NCBI GenBank assembly: GCA_011109175.1
Contig: RDEW01000009.1
Location: 1,105,652-1,169,651, forward strand
Direction: 5' to 3'
DNA from: Dicyema japonicum
Lineage: Eukaryota; Animalia; Dicyemida
Length of the DNA: 64,000 bases
Shown: piece after piece, positions 1-13,689 of the stretch
How positions within the stretch are numbered: the first letter of the stretch is position 1
Layout: each line of letters begins with the position of its first letter
The notes under the pieces: model-generated
The model's database searches: none
The model's input: only the letters and a program-made list of their open reading frames with translations
What the model was told of the DNA's origin: nothing
Position numbers and translations under genes: made by a program

Positions 1-655
1 CGCATTTCAGCATCAATGTTTCTCAAACTTTCACGTTTGTTATATTGTTTTGTAATTTTATCAGAATAAACAAATCGTATATATGCCAACACATGTGCCA
101 TTCCTGAAATATCCATGATTCATCAAGTTGTAATGAAAACCGAGTTTCTTTAATAGAAAATGAGACATTATTTTCAATATTATCCGACAAGAAACAGTGC
201 TATCTGACAAAGGTATCTTCATTATTTTTTTGTTCACATTTATAACCTAACATAGTCCAAGTAATAATAAGACAAGCTGGGATTATCAAGTTTTCGCCAA
301 TAGTGTGAGGTTTTAGTTGTTTTGCTATCAATTCTGAGATCAGGTATGAACATTTCAATGATTCCTTTGTGTTTACAAAAGTTTCACTGAACATCATTTG
401 ACTAGATCTACGATTCATAGTAAAAACTGAATAATGCTTGTGTTGTTTTTTCAAATGGATAAAATAATCCACAGATTTTTCGGAATAGTCCGGATGTTTG
501 GAAAATGTCTCTTTAGTTTGCTAGGAACGATAGCATCATTTGCCAAGACTTCCATGGAAATTAGACATTGAGGTATTTTATTTTTATCTATGCATATAAA
601 TCCAAATGACAAATAAGAATCTTTATAATAACGACGAACTGATTTACCCATAAGC
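1..655 (-). mobile_element. hAT (Buster/Charlie, ZBED5/SCAND3-like) transposase N-terminal fragment, frameshifted
   Basis: YKDSYLSFGFI..PQCLISMEVLANDAIVPSKLKRHF (BED-like finger) and SYLISELIAKQLKPHTIGENLIIPAC lie in different frames; FSLQLDES occurs near 120-145. Confidence 0.8.
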
Positions 656-916
656 ACGTTGATGCGCACGTTATTAAAAAATTAATAAATAATGGTTAAC
701 CAATGTAAATGTCATTTAACATATAATAAAAAAATGATTATTTTAATTTTAGTAATTATTTTAATTTGTTTATCTTTTTAAATAAATTAGTTAAAAAAAT
801 ATATATAAATTTATTCAAATTTTTATTTGGCAGGCGGCACACCGTTTGACAACCTCTGATCTATACTGAAATAAACAGAAATATTGAAGAAATGATGGTA
901 AGACAGATGAATCACA

Positions 917-1318
917 ATTTAGATTTAAGAGACTACAATTTCTATTGAAGTTGAGTTTCGCAATGACAATCAACAAATTACAGGGACAAACTCTTAAAGT
1001 AGTAGGTTTATCTTTAGCAAGTGAATGTTTTGCACATGGACAGTTATATGTAGGTTGTTCTAGGGTAGGTGAACGAGAGAACCTATTCATATACACAAAG
1101 GACGGTCGTACAAGCAATGTTGTATATCAACAAGTATTACAAAAAGATAATTGATAATTTTTACTATGACAATCAGTTTTTTTAATCAAAATAGTTTAAT
1201 TCGTTACATACAATTCACTAAGGAAAAACTGATCGAAATGGGAGTGAACTCCGAAGGTGTGAACGACAGCCATTCGCAGGACCTAGCTCGCAGTGAGCGA
1301 AGCGACCTGCCGAGCTAG
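917..1318 (+). mobile_element. Helitron 3' end: PIF1 helicase C-terminus plus terminal hairpin and CTAG
   Basis: RLQFLLKLSFAMTINKLQGQTL..HGQLYVGCSRV..NVVYQQVL; inverted repeat ctagctcg (1283-1290)/cgagctag (1311-1318) ends in CTAG followed by T. Confidence 0.85.
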
Positions 1319-1548
1319 TGATTAATAAAAGTCTTGATCTCCAAAATCAAATAGAATGCCAAAAAGGAGTCATTTTATACTAAGTTAGCAATTATTAGAA
1401 TGAATTGAGTTTTCTCAAGAATCTTATCTAAATTTTCTGAAATACTACATTTTATATTTTCTGCATTATTTGGACGTGGTGATGGACTCAGAATAAAATG
1501 AAAACTCAAATTCTTTATTTTCCTGATAATTCCCTGATTTAGCAAAAT

Positions 1549-1840
1549 ACAATAAAACCTCTCGAATCCGCCACCTCTTGAATCCGCCGCATTTTTTTAA
1601 AAATACAAAATTCCCTATGAAAAATTCTCAAATCCACCAATTTCTCGAATTCGCCGCATTTTTAAATTTTTTTTTATTTTCTTATTATTTTTATTTTTTA
1701 ATTCAAAAACTGAAAAAATAAAACTCGGAAAATCATAAACCGAGGCATGTAAAGAAATAAGCCTTAAGGATGCTATAATTTATACCCATCAAGCATGGAA
1801 AAAGCTAAATAGTAAATACTTTTTTCGAAATGCTAAATGT
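1549..1840 (+). mobile_element. pogo/Tigger-like TIR remnant and DDE C-terminal scrap
   Basis: ta-caataaaacctctcgaatccgcc with repeated gaatccgcc units; ISLKDAIIYTHQAWKKL resembles the pogo DDE_1 C-terminus. Confidence 0.5.
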
Positions 1841-1959
1841 TTAGTTGAATGGTATTTTTTGATGATAAAATTTCAGTGAAATAAAAATTAAAAAAATCCT
1901 AAAGACCACGGTAACACCAAACTAATTAAACACGTGATCCTATCATGCTCTAATAAAGA

Positions 1960-2140
1960 CCTCTACTCGGCCCGATGCTTCCCTCGAGCCTACTCAAGCA
2001 CTTATCGGGTGTATAACTGGATCCTCGAAGTCGCAACGGTACGTTTCTCGGTCTTACGTTTTATCGATTCCAGAAGCATTGGAGACTGGAATTTACCAGA
2101 AGTCCATTGTTCTGTAATTTTAGAAGCCCTTTTTGGCTAG
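1960..2140 (+). mobile_element. CR1/L2-like LINE 3' remnant
   Basis: RFIDSRSIGDWNLPE resembles the R.I..WN.LP terminal motif of CR1/L2 ORF2. Confidence 0.4.
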
Positions 2141-3099
2141 CTTCGATCTTCAAGGAATTTGTCAGGAAATGAATGGAGTATTTTATTAATGAACATAGAA
2201 ATACGTTTAAGCACAAAAGTTAATGATTTTTTGTTGTTGTTGAAAGTATTCGTGAACCATCTCAGATATGTTTCATTGAATGAAAACCACTCTTTTCTTC
2301 CCCAGCTACAGATTTTATTTACCAAATCGATTATGATATTTTTTATGACAAATATGACAGTCAGTACTAACTCGCACAGTAATTCCGATGACTCTCCTTG
2401 CAAGGAGAAATGGCGTCCCTTTAAAAAAAGTAATTTTCAGGTGAGAATCAATTTCGGAGATCGAAATTAGAGACCACGTGGTAAATACTCAAGCTAAAAG
2501 GGTCAAAATATTATTGTAAAAATGAGATTTTGAGGATCGTTTAGTTTAGCTGGTACAGGTAAAATCCCTAAATTAGAAGATATCGAAAATTTGATTTTTT
2601 ATATTAACTTTCATTATTTTAGCAATGCAATGATATTTTTTTAAATATAAAAAATGGGGAAACAACAGATAGAATATCAGATTGATCAGTTAGCCAAGCT
2701 GTTAATTGGTCGAAAAATTGAGTTGTGGGCTAACTTATTGCAAAATGTGTTCATGATGATGGATGAAAGCTTTGTCTTAGTTCTTCTTAGAGTTGGTTTT
2801 AGTCAATTTGAATGACATTAATTTTTGGAGGCTTCATGAATTGCGGAAAGTTTCAGAAGAGTCAGCAAATTTCATTTTGTCAAAAAAGTGCATGTTGTAA
2901 ACTATCCCCTAAGGATTACCAAGGCATATTCAGAATCTGCAGTTATTATTGGGTATAAAATAATTTAATATTTATCATATTCTTGTCAAAGAATCGTTTA
3001 TGATTTTCTATTGATTTAATGGAAAAATAAAACCCCATAATAAAATAATCAATTTTTAAAAAAGATTTTTTATTTTGACGATTCTTTATGTTTTTAATT

Positions 3100-3910
3100 C
3101 TTTATTATAAACTTGCAGCGCACTTAGCTTTGACGAGTGACGCCGTCATCAGTGGATACTCACTGCGGAACTGGATTGTCTAGAAAGGACACTCACACAA
3201 AAAAAGAAAAAAAAAGTGAAGATCATTCCTTGGTTCTACGATTAGTTAAATTAACTGTTCTTTACTTAAATAAAGTGTGTGTCCTGCCTATGCGGAGCTA
3301 TAAAATACTATGGCTCTCGTGAAAAGGCTTTATTATTATTATTATAAACTTGCAGCGCACTTAGCTTCGCTAGCAGCCCAGTAGCTTTTTAGCTTCGCTT
3401 ACAGCCCAGTAGCTTTTTAACCAGTTCTCACAAATACCAAAGATTGTTTATTTAAATTTAAGTAAAATTAATTATTTTATAACACCCGTCTGACTCAATC
3501 TTCTTTTCTTGAGGCTAACCCTTATTTCCTGTATAGGTGTGTTCACGTCGCTGCACAACCCACGGTTAGAGACTACACTAGGTTGACATTCCATGTCTTT
3601 TCCAAAGTCTTCCGTAGCACTATCGTTTGCATGTAAGATTTGACCGACTCCTCCACCTTGATGTCATCCAGGTGACCCTGAAGAATCTCGAGATAATTCC
3701 ATTCCAGGTGATGTCCACAGGGATTATTTTCACTTTTGCACGATGGGTAATCTCAAGGTCATATTTGTACAACTTTTCTTCCTCTACCTGCTTGAGGCAG
3801 TTTTCGAAGTGAGCCCAATTTCAACAAGAGTAATCTTATCATAAACGAAAATTTCGGGTTTGTTATTCGTTATAGCCATATCCGTAATGATCGTCGAATC
3901 TCCTCAAATT
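3100..3910 (-). mobile_element. R4/Dong-like non-LTR retrotransposon 3' end (RLE endonuclease remnant) with (TAA)n tail
   Basis: NNKPEIFVYDKITLVEIG..KVKIIPVDITWNGII matches the element at 35488; (taa)n run at ~3331-3345 on the minus strand; 3' motif duplicated at ~3102 and ~3339. Confidence 0.6.
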
Positions 3911-4699
3911 CAATTGCGACGAAAGATACTGAATGGATCTTCAGTTTTTTTTGGTTTTTCTTATTACTAGGGCGATTTTTATTTTGACTTTATAAATACG
4001 AAATTTTGACCTTAAAATTGACTTTATTGACTTATAAATTTAAAATTATAATTTTTTTTCAGGTTAAAAATTTCGGTCTTTAGATAATAATTTTATCACT
4101 AATAAAAATTATTTCTGAATTAATACTGATGTGGAAGGATATTTTTCAAATAGCCGTATATGCATTGAGAAATATGTTTTTCCATTTTTAATAGAAAAAA
4201 AAACTTAACAAAAAAAATCTAGATTCCAGATACTTCTTGATCCTGCATAAATTGTTACTGAAATACAATTTTTTAATATGCTTGCTGCGTCTATTGACAT
4301 AATATAGCTGATGAATTGCTCCGTAGTTCATTTTATATATTACTTCCAAGCATCTTTATATTAAAATTCCATTTCCATCAAAATTATAGTTATTTTTTTT
4401 ACCTCACTAAAATTTTTTACGAAATTATTTTTATTTTTTTGAAAGAAACAATTATTTTTAAATAATAAAAATTAGGCAATAATTAGGACGACAGAATGGC
4501 GAAGGTGTTAAGACAGAACGCGAGGTTAACGTACGTTGTGGTCGTTGTGGTGCACAAAGAAAGAAAAAAGAAGAGAAAAAGAAAGGAAAATCAAAATAGA
4601 ATATGCAGAAAACTAATCAGGCTAAGTCTGACTCTGCTCACTGCCCTGCTATGGATCGAGCTACCTGTGGGACTTGGACGACGCTACAATAGCTGGCTC

Positions 4700-6065
4700 A
4701 TGAGAGAACGTATATCAGGATATTTCTTCAACCATTCCTGCTCTAAACGAATTGCGTTTAAGTGTCAACGTTATGAAATCGGAACTGTTCAATATTTCCT
4801 GCTCATCTCCAAACATTTCTACTGCCTGCCAAGAATTCAGATCCCAACTTCCAGGTTTCAGTATATCCTCCTTGGACAAGGTACACTTCCTTGGCTGCCC
4901 TCTCGGAAACGACGAGCTGGAAAATGCCTTACCAGTAAGAATAATGAAGTTGAAGCCTTTACAAAGAGAGTATCATCTTTGGATCCACATGTGTCTTTAT
5001 GCTTGCTCAAGAAATGTATTTCCGTCGAAGATGATGCACATTTTGAGATGTTCACCATGTTTTGAACACCGGAATGCACTATTGTCGGTTGATGGGACTC
5101 TGAGACGATCGGCGGAGTCAATACTGAATGTCAAATTCGATGATCTGAGCTGGACAATGTGCAAATAACCATGGGGCATTGGGTTGAGATCCCCCTTGAA
5201 GCCTCCCTGCCTGCCTACTTTTTAATCCTCTGCGAGCTGCAGTCGCTTGGCCAAGCAGTCCTACGTAACTCAAACGGACATACCTTGGACTCGGAGCTTG
5301 ACAGAGTTTGCAAGTTGTGGAGTGAGTTGGACTTGGAATTCCCGTCGAACTTCGCTTGCCAGAAGAGTTGGGACTCAATTGCATGTATAAGCACTCTGGA
5401 GTCCGCGAAGAAAAGCGCCAAACCAGCACCGACTAACAAGCATTAAATCGGCCACACATCGCGGAAATGGAGTCTGGGTCGAGGCCCTACCTTGCCCACG
5501 TCTGGGGACCCTCCTGACGAAAAGAGACTGAGGATCGAGGTGGTACTGCGCCTAGGACTGGACAAATGCCAGAGACATAAATGCCGTTGCGGCGGAGACG
5601 TTGATACGAAAGGCTTACATCCACTCTCTTGCTGACGGAGGGCTGGTCGAGCCCGCGCCACACAGCCCTCAATGACATCATTTTTCGAGCCCTCAAGGCT
5701 GCGGGATTTCCAGCCCAATTGGAACCATTGGGCTTAGACAGAGATGACGGGAAGAGGCTGGATGGAATGACGTTATTCCCATACTCCCACGGAAAATCAT
5801 TTGTCTTGGACGCAACCTTCTCAGGACGCACTTTCCTGGAGACGCAGCCGTCCAGGAGAAAGTCAAGAAGATCCATAAGTACGAATCACTTGGAGACCAT
5901 TACATTTGGCCCCATTGCTGTGCAGACAACTGGAACTGTAGGCGCGAAGACGGACGCCTTTCTCCACATCATTGGAAGCAAACTCGCCTCAAAAGGAGCG
6001 AGTCTCAGGAGGAACACTGGTTGAGGCAGAAACTCGAAATGGCGATTATCAGAGGTAACGCCTTC
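4700..6065 (+). mobile_element. CRE-like non-LTR retrotransposon, degenerate (RT thumb, zinc knuckle, RLE)
   Basis: FLGCPLG; RHTALNDIIFRALKAAGFPAQLEPLGLDRDDGKRLDGMTLFP; ends ..AIIRGN; multiple frameshifts. Confidence 0.75.
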
Positions 6066-8013
6066 ACTAAATTTTTACAATAATATTCAACAATTTCAAG
6101 ACAATTTCCCCTTCTGACCAAAATTATTTTGGGAAGAAAGCCAATTTCAATAAAATTTTTATTTTTTATGCAAGAAATTTATTAGTCTATTCACATATAT
6201 TTATATGGATTCCTTAGATCAAACCAACTTTTCCAAATCTATAATAAATGCATTTACAAAACTCAAAAATATCTTCGGTCAAGTTACCTTTTCATAAATT
6301 TTCTACACTTTTGCATAACAGGAAGTAAAACGGTATCCAATACCCTCAAACAAGTTTTGTAAAATTTACTGTTTAACTTATGCAAGGAAAATCATATTCG
6401 ACTAAGCATTAGTGACCTCATTGATCGTAGAGTCGGTGAATGGAATGAGAAAATCAGATATTTTTACAGTAGAACCTGTGAAATACTAATAAAAATAATA
6501 AACTTTTAAGTTTTAAATGTTTCTCAGACAAAAGACTCAATAAAAAGCTGTTGTTAGAAAATTCAAGTAAAAAAATCAGGTGGATAACAAAACGTTATAG
6601 GCATGAAAGGAATCGCCGATAAATCTGACAGGTATATTTGGTTCTGTTGAGAACTAATAGTAAACCCGGACAAGAGAAGAAGGTGATCTGTCAACTGGTT
6701 CTTAAGAAAGTACGATGGGCATAGTGAGAGGATGATTGTACAATCCAGTTAAAAATATGAATGTAAATTCATGTGATGGAGACAACTTAGGAGGGCCTAG
6801 TGGACGCGAACTTTTCGCGGTAGTATAGTTATACTCTAGAAGTTTGTTTATACGAAGACTTCTGATGGTATAGTAAATAAGACTGGATAGTCATGAATTG
6901 TATTCAGTCGTGACTAGAAGGCTCAGTCTCTGGGATAGTTTGTGCAATCCGAATTTGTTCACCAAGAGTAGGAATAATTCTACTACAATTACTATATTAA
7001 TTATTTTATAAATTATTATATAAAATAAAATTAATATTTGGCGAACCTAGTTAAATTAAGTTTAATTTTAAAAATGTTAATTAATGCAGCACTTATTCAT
7101 TTTGTTAGTATGTTCACATTTAATTATCACTGAAAAATGTAGTGATATACAAGTGGTCGAAGATAGATTGTAGTATTTAAAATTTTTCATATCACAGAAT
7201 TTGGTCTGTCTGTGATTACGATCCTAACTACAATACATATTACAGTTCACCGATAAAAACGCTTGGTGTGCGACGCATAAATATCCCTTTAGGGGAGAAC
7301 TTTGAAATTAGGAAGATCAAAGTGTCAGGATTGTATTATTGTATTATTCACTTACAGTTACTGCAATCTTGATTATAGCATCGAAAGGATTGTTTCCACT
7401 GCTTTTCCGATCACTATAGAAACAATGTATTTATATTTGAAATCGACAGAAGCTTTTCCTTTTGTCACGAACTAAGGTATATAGAAATCGATTTCGCTAC
7501 ATCATTAACAGGTCTTCGATCTATGTGAGTTTATTATTAATTTATAGTGAATTTTACCAATCATCGATAATACAATCATTTACTATTGTATCTACTGAAG
7601 TTGTTATGTTAAATAAGTATTTTCAATGTTAAATTAGTATTCGTGCATTGTGCATTGATGCATTTAAGATCCCAAAAGCGTATGAAGTTATATTTAGCTT
7701 AGATATAAACCTAAAACGGATTATATTATTATGGACAGATCGGGTAAATTGTAGTTGTTTGATATTAATGTGATTAGGACATCGAACGTATCAACATATC
7801 GTACGGGTAATTATTATTGTCAATTCAGTGTGTAGTCCATTAAGAGACTCACAAAATGTGTATGGATTCTGCGGATAGTTAATTAATGATAACATGATTA
7901 GGAAATAAATGGATTTTTTTAAAGATAATATTTTATCATTATTAAGCACTCTCGCCCTATAGCGTAGCATGTCCTTGCCCCTGTCATAGGCAAACTCACG
8001 AATTCCATCTATA

Positions 8014-9418
8014 CCATTTCAGGTTTAAAGTGGGTCTTACCAAAAGCAAATTGGGTCTTACCAAAAGCAAATTGGGTCTTACCAAAAGCAAATTGGGTCT
8101 TACCAAAAAGCAAATTGGGTCTTACCAAAAGCAAATTGGGTCTTACCAAAAGCAAAGTGGAACAATAAAATTATTTAATAAACCATGTCATCATTATTTA
8201 ACACCGATGGAGCCAACCTCTGAATTCTAGCAATTACGGTGTTGCATAGAGATGGAGTGATTATACATAATGAGTTAATCATACTTTCTTTTAACTTTTG
8301 AAAACGAAACTCCGTAGTTGACAAAGCTTCTTGTCTCACACATCAAAAATATTTTTATATCTGTAGCAATGTGTCTTTTTACATCTTTTGAAACTGACAA
8401 ATATTCTTAATTGGGTTGAGCATAGGGCTATAGGGACCCAATCTTAAAATTTTATTTCCGATGAATTCATTATCTCTGACAATTTCTTCAATTCCTGAAT
8501 GGCATGGAGCATTGTCTACTACTGGCACTACTGGAGAATTGTAAACTTCCCTGGCTTTTCGTAGACAAATTTTCACCCATTCATGGGCGGATTTTTTATT
8601 AAAGGATCCACGTTTGAATTCATAATGCAACAATCCAAGGGACCCGATGCATCCAATGAAATGTACATTGGCACCTCGCGAACTTGTTGCAACGACACTA
8701 GCCCTTGTTCCTTTTTTTGATCGACCCTTTTTATGGGAGATGTGCATGTTTATATTTGTTTCATCCATAAATAATATTGGAATTTCCTCCGATTGATATT
8801 TCAATAATGAAGTTATAAATTTTTTTAATTCACTATTGCCTTTCTCTGGTTCATACCTGATATCTTTCAAAGAATAACAGACACCGTCCAAGTTGACTTG
8901 AATGGCTTCTTTTGAAACATTTAAGCTGAAATTAGAATTTAAAAGAATTCTCAGGTCTCAAGAGTAATCCTAGGGTTAATTTCGAGCTGTTCAACACAAT
9001 AATCTTTATGTTTATCAAGGAAATTTTTTGCTTTTGATCCCCCTCTCTGATCAGGTTTGTTTTTGTTCTTCAACCAACGATAAGTAGTACTTTTTTATTT
9101 GCGCAGGCATACGAATAAAAAATGAAATATTTGCGCAGACATGCAAATATAGGTTTTTGCTTAGTCACTTTTGCAATTGATCTCGACACTTTTGCATGTT
9201 GCTTCGTCACTTTTGCGATTGATCTCGACACTTTTGCATTTTGCTCGTCACTTTTGCAATTGCAATTAATCTTCATCCTATAACATAAAAATAATTTTTG
9301 TTCCACTTTGCTTTTTGTAAGAACCACTTTGATTTTGGTAAGTACCGCATTGCTTTTGGTAAGTAGCACTTTGCTTTTGGTAAGACCCACTTTGCTAAGA
9401 CCTTTAAACCTGAAATGA
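8014..9418 (-). mobile_element. IS630/Tc1 (DDE_3) transposon, family A, TIRs with 21-bp tandem repeats
   Basis: TIR ccatttcaggtttaaag at both ends, flanked by TATA; 21-bp unit ttgggtcttaccaaaagcaaa; ORF 8379-8891 has FMDETN, VDNAPCH, YSPMLNPI. Confidence 0.9.
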
Positions 9419-10439
9419 TATAGATAGTCGTGTGGTCTCCGTTTATTAATTATATATTTTAACTTAACATTATTATTTATTTAAATTATTTCTATTTAAT
9501 TCATTTTTAATAATTAATTTCCTCATTGCTCTTAATATTAATCAAATCTTTCAAATCTCTATTCCAAGACCACTGTTAAACAGAAAAACAAACTGCGACC
9601 CTGACAAATTTAATCAGGCACTCAGCTCGTTGGGATCTGAATAATCACGTTGGATCGTGCTCCCTCCGTTTTTCTTTCGAATTAGAATCTCCAAGGGTGT
9701 CTGCATCATGTTCTTTATGGGATCATACTCTAGAAATAACAGCACTATTAAAGCTGACGTGATAAATTTTTTTTTTGCACTGTTGAAGAATTAATTACTG
9801 ACACAAATTTTGATGTGATTCAAACTGTTTAAGAGAATAATTATCAAATGAATAAGTTTAATTTCAAAAGGTTTTACTTTTCAACGAATTGAAGGACATT
9901 CTGGTCCTGAACGATTTGCATTCACATACGAGAGTTTCTCTACCACTTGGATACTCATTCCTTTTTCTGATCTCCCTCTCTGTTGCTCTGAACTTTCACT
10001 CTGACCTGCTGGTGTCCATATATGATTTCTTATCAGATCTCATCCATATCTTCCTGTAAAGTAAACCATATTGGAGTTTGTAGCTACCATCTGAAGAATC
10101 TCGTCTTAATGAGGCTTGAGACTCTCATGGAAATATTCTCTGCTTTCTAAACTGTAAATTATTCCCTTTCTTGTATAAACACAAATTTTGTCAAGTCTTG
10201 ATCTATCTCTTTTCTATATTTTGGAAAGACTCGTGTTTTATTAAATCTACCGATTAATCATAATTCCAATGTGTCGACTAAGAAATCGAAATTTGGTAAG
10301 CATCGCAGAATTCCACGAGCAATTCTGGCTAATTGATCGAAACTCGCTATTAATCCAGGAGGGGTGTCATCAAAAATATACCACGTTTAAGTCGTTACAT
10401 GGCGGTACATGTATGTTTTCCAAATTATGTCCGACTCTT

Positions 10440-10810
10440 GGAGATCTCATGAGTCAATTTTCTCCACTCTCCTCCGTCGCAATTTGGAATAGCCTTGATA
10501 TAGGCATTCCCGTGACGTCTTCTGACGTGGATAGCCACCGAGTCCTCGGTCGACCATGTCTTTTCTTCCCAGTAATATTGCTCAGCATAATGGTTCATTT
10601 CCAGGAATCAGAAGCGGACAACATGCCCAAAGAACGCGAATCTGTGTTTTACGATTCTTCCTTCTAGCGAAATGTCCGTCTCCACCCGTTTGAGTACATC
10701 GGTGTTTGTTATTTTGAAAGTCCAAGGGATTCTTAGTAAACTCCTCAAGCACCAAAGTTTAAATGCATCAATTTTTCGTCTATCCGCTACAATTAATCCC
10801 CGGAAAACGT
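10440..10810 (-). mobile_element. RTE-clade LINE 3' end
   Basis: GRPRTRWLSTSEDVTGMPISRLFQIATEE; close homolog of 18640-18871. Confidence 0.7.
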
Positions 10811-11160
10811 CTGTTTGTGCCGATCAGGAGTGATGTATACCCTTCTCATAAGACACGTTGTGGCTGTGCATTGTTGAGAGTTGCACTGGATGCACAGGGT
10901 AGCACATCTTTTCCATTTTGTCGGATAAGGTCTTCAAGTGATGAAGGTATTAGTTTTCTAGTTTCCCGAGATTACTAATAGTAGTTGCTGTTAAGGCCTG
11001 AATGTCCCGGATTCTTTGTCTGTTTGTCCAGGACAGATTCCCCATGTCGTACAGGCATGGCTGACAAATGGCTCAATGAATTATGGTGCAGGAAAGTGAA
11101 GTAAGATGACTTTGTTGTTAGTTCCTCTGGTTGCACGATATTTATTGACATTATTTAGAT

Positions 11161-13440
11161 CAGCGGTTCTTAACCTGGTCGATTCGACCCCCAGGGGTCT
11201 AAAATCAATCCAGATCGATCGTAAGGGGGTCGAAAATGAAATACTTAGGGGTCGAAAATATTTAATCTTTTAATTTTTTATTTTAAATTAAGTTAGTTTA
11301 TTTTTAAAGTGGTAAACCTTTGTTCTTTAAAATTTTTAAAATTACCATGCTTGTTTTTGTTCGTGTATGAGTCGTTTTTCTACATTAAAAATTCGTCAAT
11401 ATAAAAATGAATATTTGTCATTTGGATTTATAAAAAAATTATTTTGATAATAGACCATATTATTTACTGTGTAATAAGTCATTATCAAATGATGCAATTA
11501 AACTGTCCAAATTGTTGGATCATCTTAGGAGAAAACATTCGGATAAAAAAGATAAACCATTATTTTGAAGAATTAAAGGATTCTTTTCGTAAACAAAAAA
11601 CGATTGACACTGTTTTTACAAATAGTAGTGAAAGAAACAATAGTCGTATTTATTTTAAATTATATTTAGGAGGACTAATTGCATCCTATAAAATTGCAAT
11701 GATTATTGCCAAAAATGAGAGTTCCCATGTTTCTGGTGAAAATCTCATCAAACCATCTATCAGTGATTCTATCAGATCTTATGGGTTTAAATCTCGATGA
11801 AATTTTAAATTCCGTACCAATTAGCAATGATTCAATTCGCCGCAGGATTGACGAAATGGCAGATAATGTTGAACATATTTTATGTGAAAGGCTTAAAAAT
11901 ACTATTTTTTCGCTTCAAATTGACGAAAGTCATATATGTCTAATGATATGTCAACCAATCAATTTTAATGGGATATGTCAGGTTAATCTTATTAGAAGCT
12001 TACCCTTTAAGATATTTTGACGATCATGCTCTTCTTACTGATACGACTGGATTTTCTATTTTTTCCGTAGTCAAATTATTTTTGGATGACATGAAGATTC
12101 CATATGAGAATTTGGTTTCTTGTGCCACAGATGGTGCAATGTCTATGGTTGGAAAATATAAAGGATTTGCGGCATATTTGAAAAAAATATGTCCAAATAT
12201 GATTCATGTACATTGCGTTCTACATAGACAACATTTGGTTTCAAAAGCTCTTTCGCCAATTCTACATGAAACGTTAAATATAGTTATTAAAACCATAAAC
12301 AAAATTAAAGCAAACAGCAAGTATGACCGTCTTTTAAAAAATTTTTCTATGAGGCTAAAGAAACATATGTCCGTCTTGTGGTTCACACTGAGGTTATAGT
12401 TTCCAATTTTATTTTACAGATACGATGGTTATCAAAGGGAAATGCATTAGAACGATTTTCAATATTATTTTACACAAAAGTAAATTTTCTTACTTCTGAG
12501 GGTGATAAAAATTTAGCAGATTTAATTGCATCGAAAAAGAAAGAAATTGTTTATTTGACTTGGATTTTTGGAAAATTTAATAAAGTTCATTAGAACTTCA
12601 GGGAAAGTATGTGACGTTAATAGATTGTAAAAGAATTATTCAAATATTTATCGAAAAAATTAAGTTATATAAATATATTTTGGAAAAAAGAAATTATTAT
12701 AACATTCCCGAATTCTACTCAATTGGTCAAACATTTGATGATGAAGATATTAAAAATTTTTTGCAACATTTATTAAGTATAGAAAGATTTGATTCTTCGA
12801 TTCCAAGATATTCTTGAATTAGAAATTCCATCTTGGATGATTAATCCGTTTTTGTCAAAGCCAGAAGAACATAAAGAAGTTATTAAAGAGGAATTAGTTA
12901 TGTTAAAATTCAATCCAGAATTAAAACTATATTATAATGATTCACAATCACCTGTTATTTTTTGGCAAAATATGAAAGTGAAAGAGAGTTATCCAAAATT
13001 GTGGACAGAAATAGCACAATTGCTACTCTATTTTCCGACATTATACTGTGTTGAATGCGGATTTAGCATTCTACATCGAATTGTAAATAAAGAACGAAAC
13101 AGATTGGAAGTGTCCATTAGAGGAGATCTTCGTTTTAAAATCACACAAATAGAGCCAGATATCGAATCTTTGGTCAGAAAACATCAGTCATAGGGATCCC
13201 ATTGGTATTTAATTTTTTTATTATAGATTTATACTAAGATACCAGCTTAACATCGAGTATATACTTTTTTTGTTTTATTTGATTATTAACAATGAATTCA
13301 TTTTAGATAGTTAACTAATTTTACTTAGAATTATCTGTTCAATTAATTAATTTTACTTAAAATTATCTGTTCAAAATAAAAAAGTTTCAAGGGGTCCAGT
13401 AAATATTAGGGGGGTCGAAAAAAAAGGTTGAGAATTCCTG
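11161..13440 (+). mobile_element. Full-length degenerate hAT (Charlie/Buster, ZBED8/SCAND3-like) transposon
   Basis: TIR cagcggttcttaacct / aggttgagaattcctg; 8-bp TSD atttagat/atttatat (1 mismatch); FSLQIDES, CATDGA, HCVLHR, RWLSKG, FPTLYCVECGFS motifs; putative micro-introns at 11646-11669, 11982-12011, 12393-12419. Confidence 0.9.
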
Positions 13441-13689
13441 ATTTATATGTTTTGGATAATTTTTGCATTTTTATATAAAATATTTATTTTTCTTATTAGA
13501 AAAAAATCTTAGGTAATAATAATAATTATTATTTTTTAAAAGATTTACACCAATTTTTGCTGGCATACCATAATTTTTGACAATAAATTTAAACAATAAG
13601 ACTAACCCACTAATAACGTCGTTCTGATGCTTAACAAAGTTTACAATAAAAAATACTGAAGAGTAAAACCTAATAAAATCCATCCTCGA

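Noticed and set aside
8030-8230. Repetitive ORFs such as MGLTKSKL... (also 9070-9390 and 59766-59951)
   Set aside because: They are translations of 21-bp TIR repeats.
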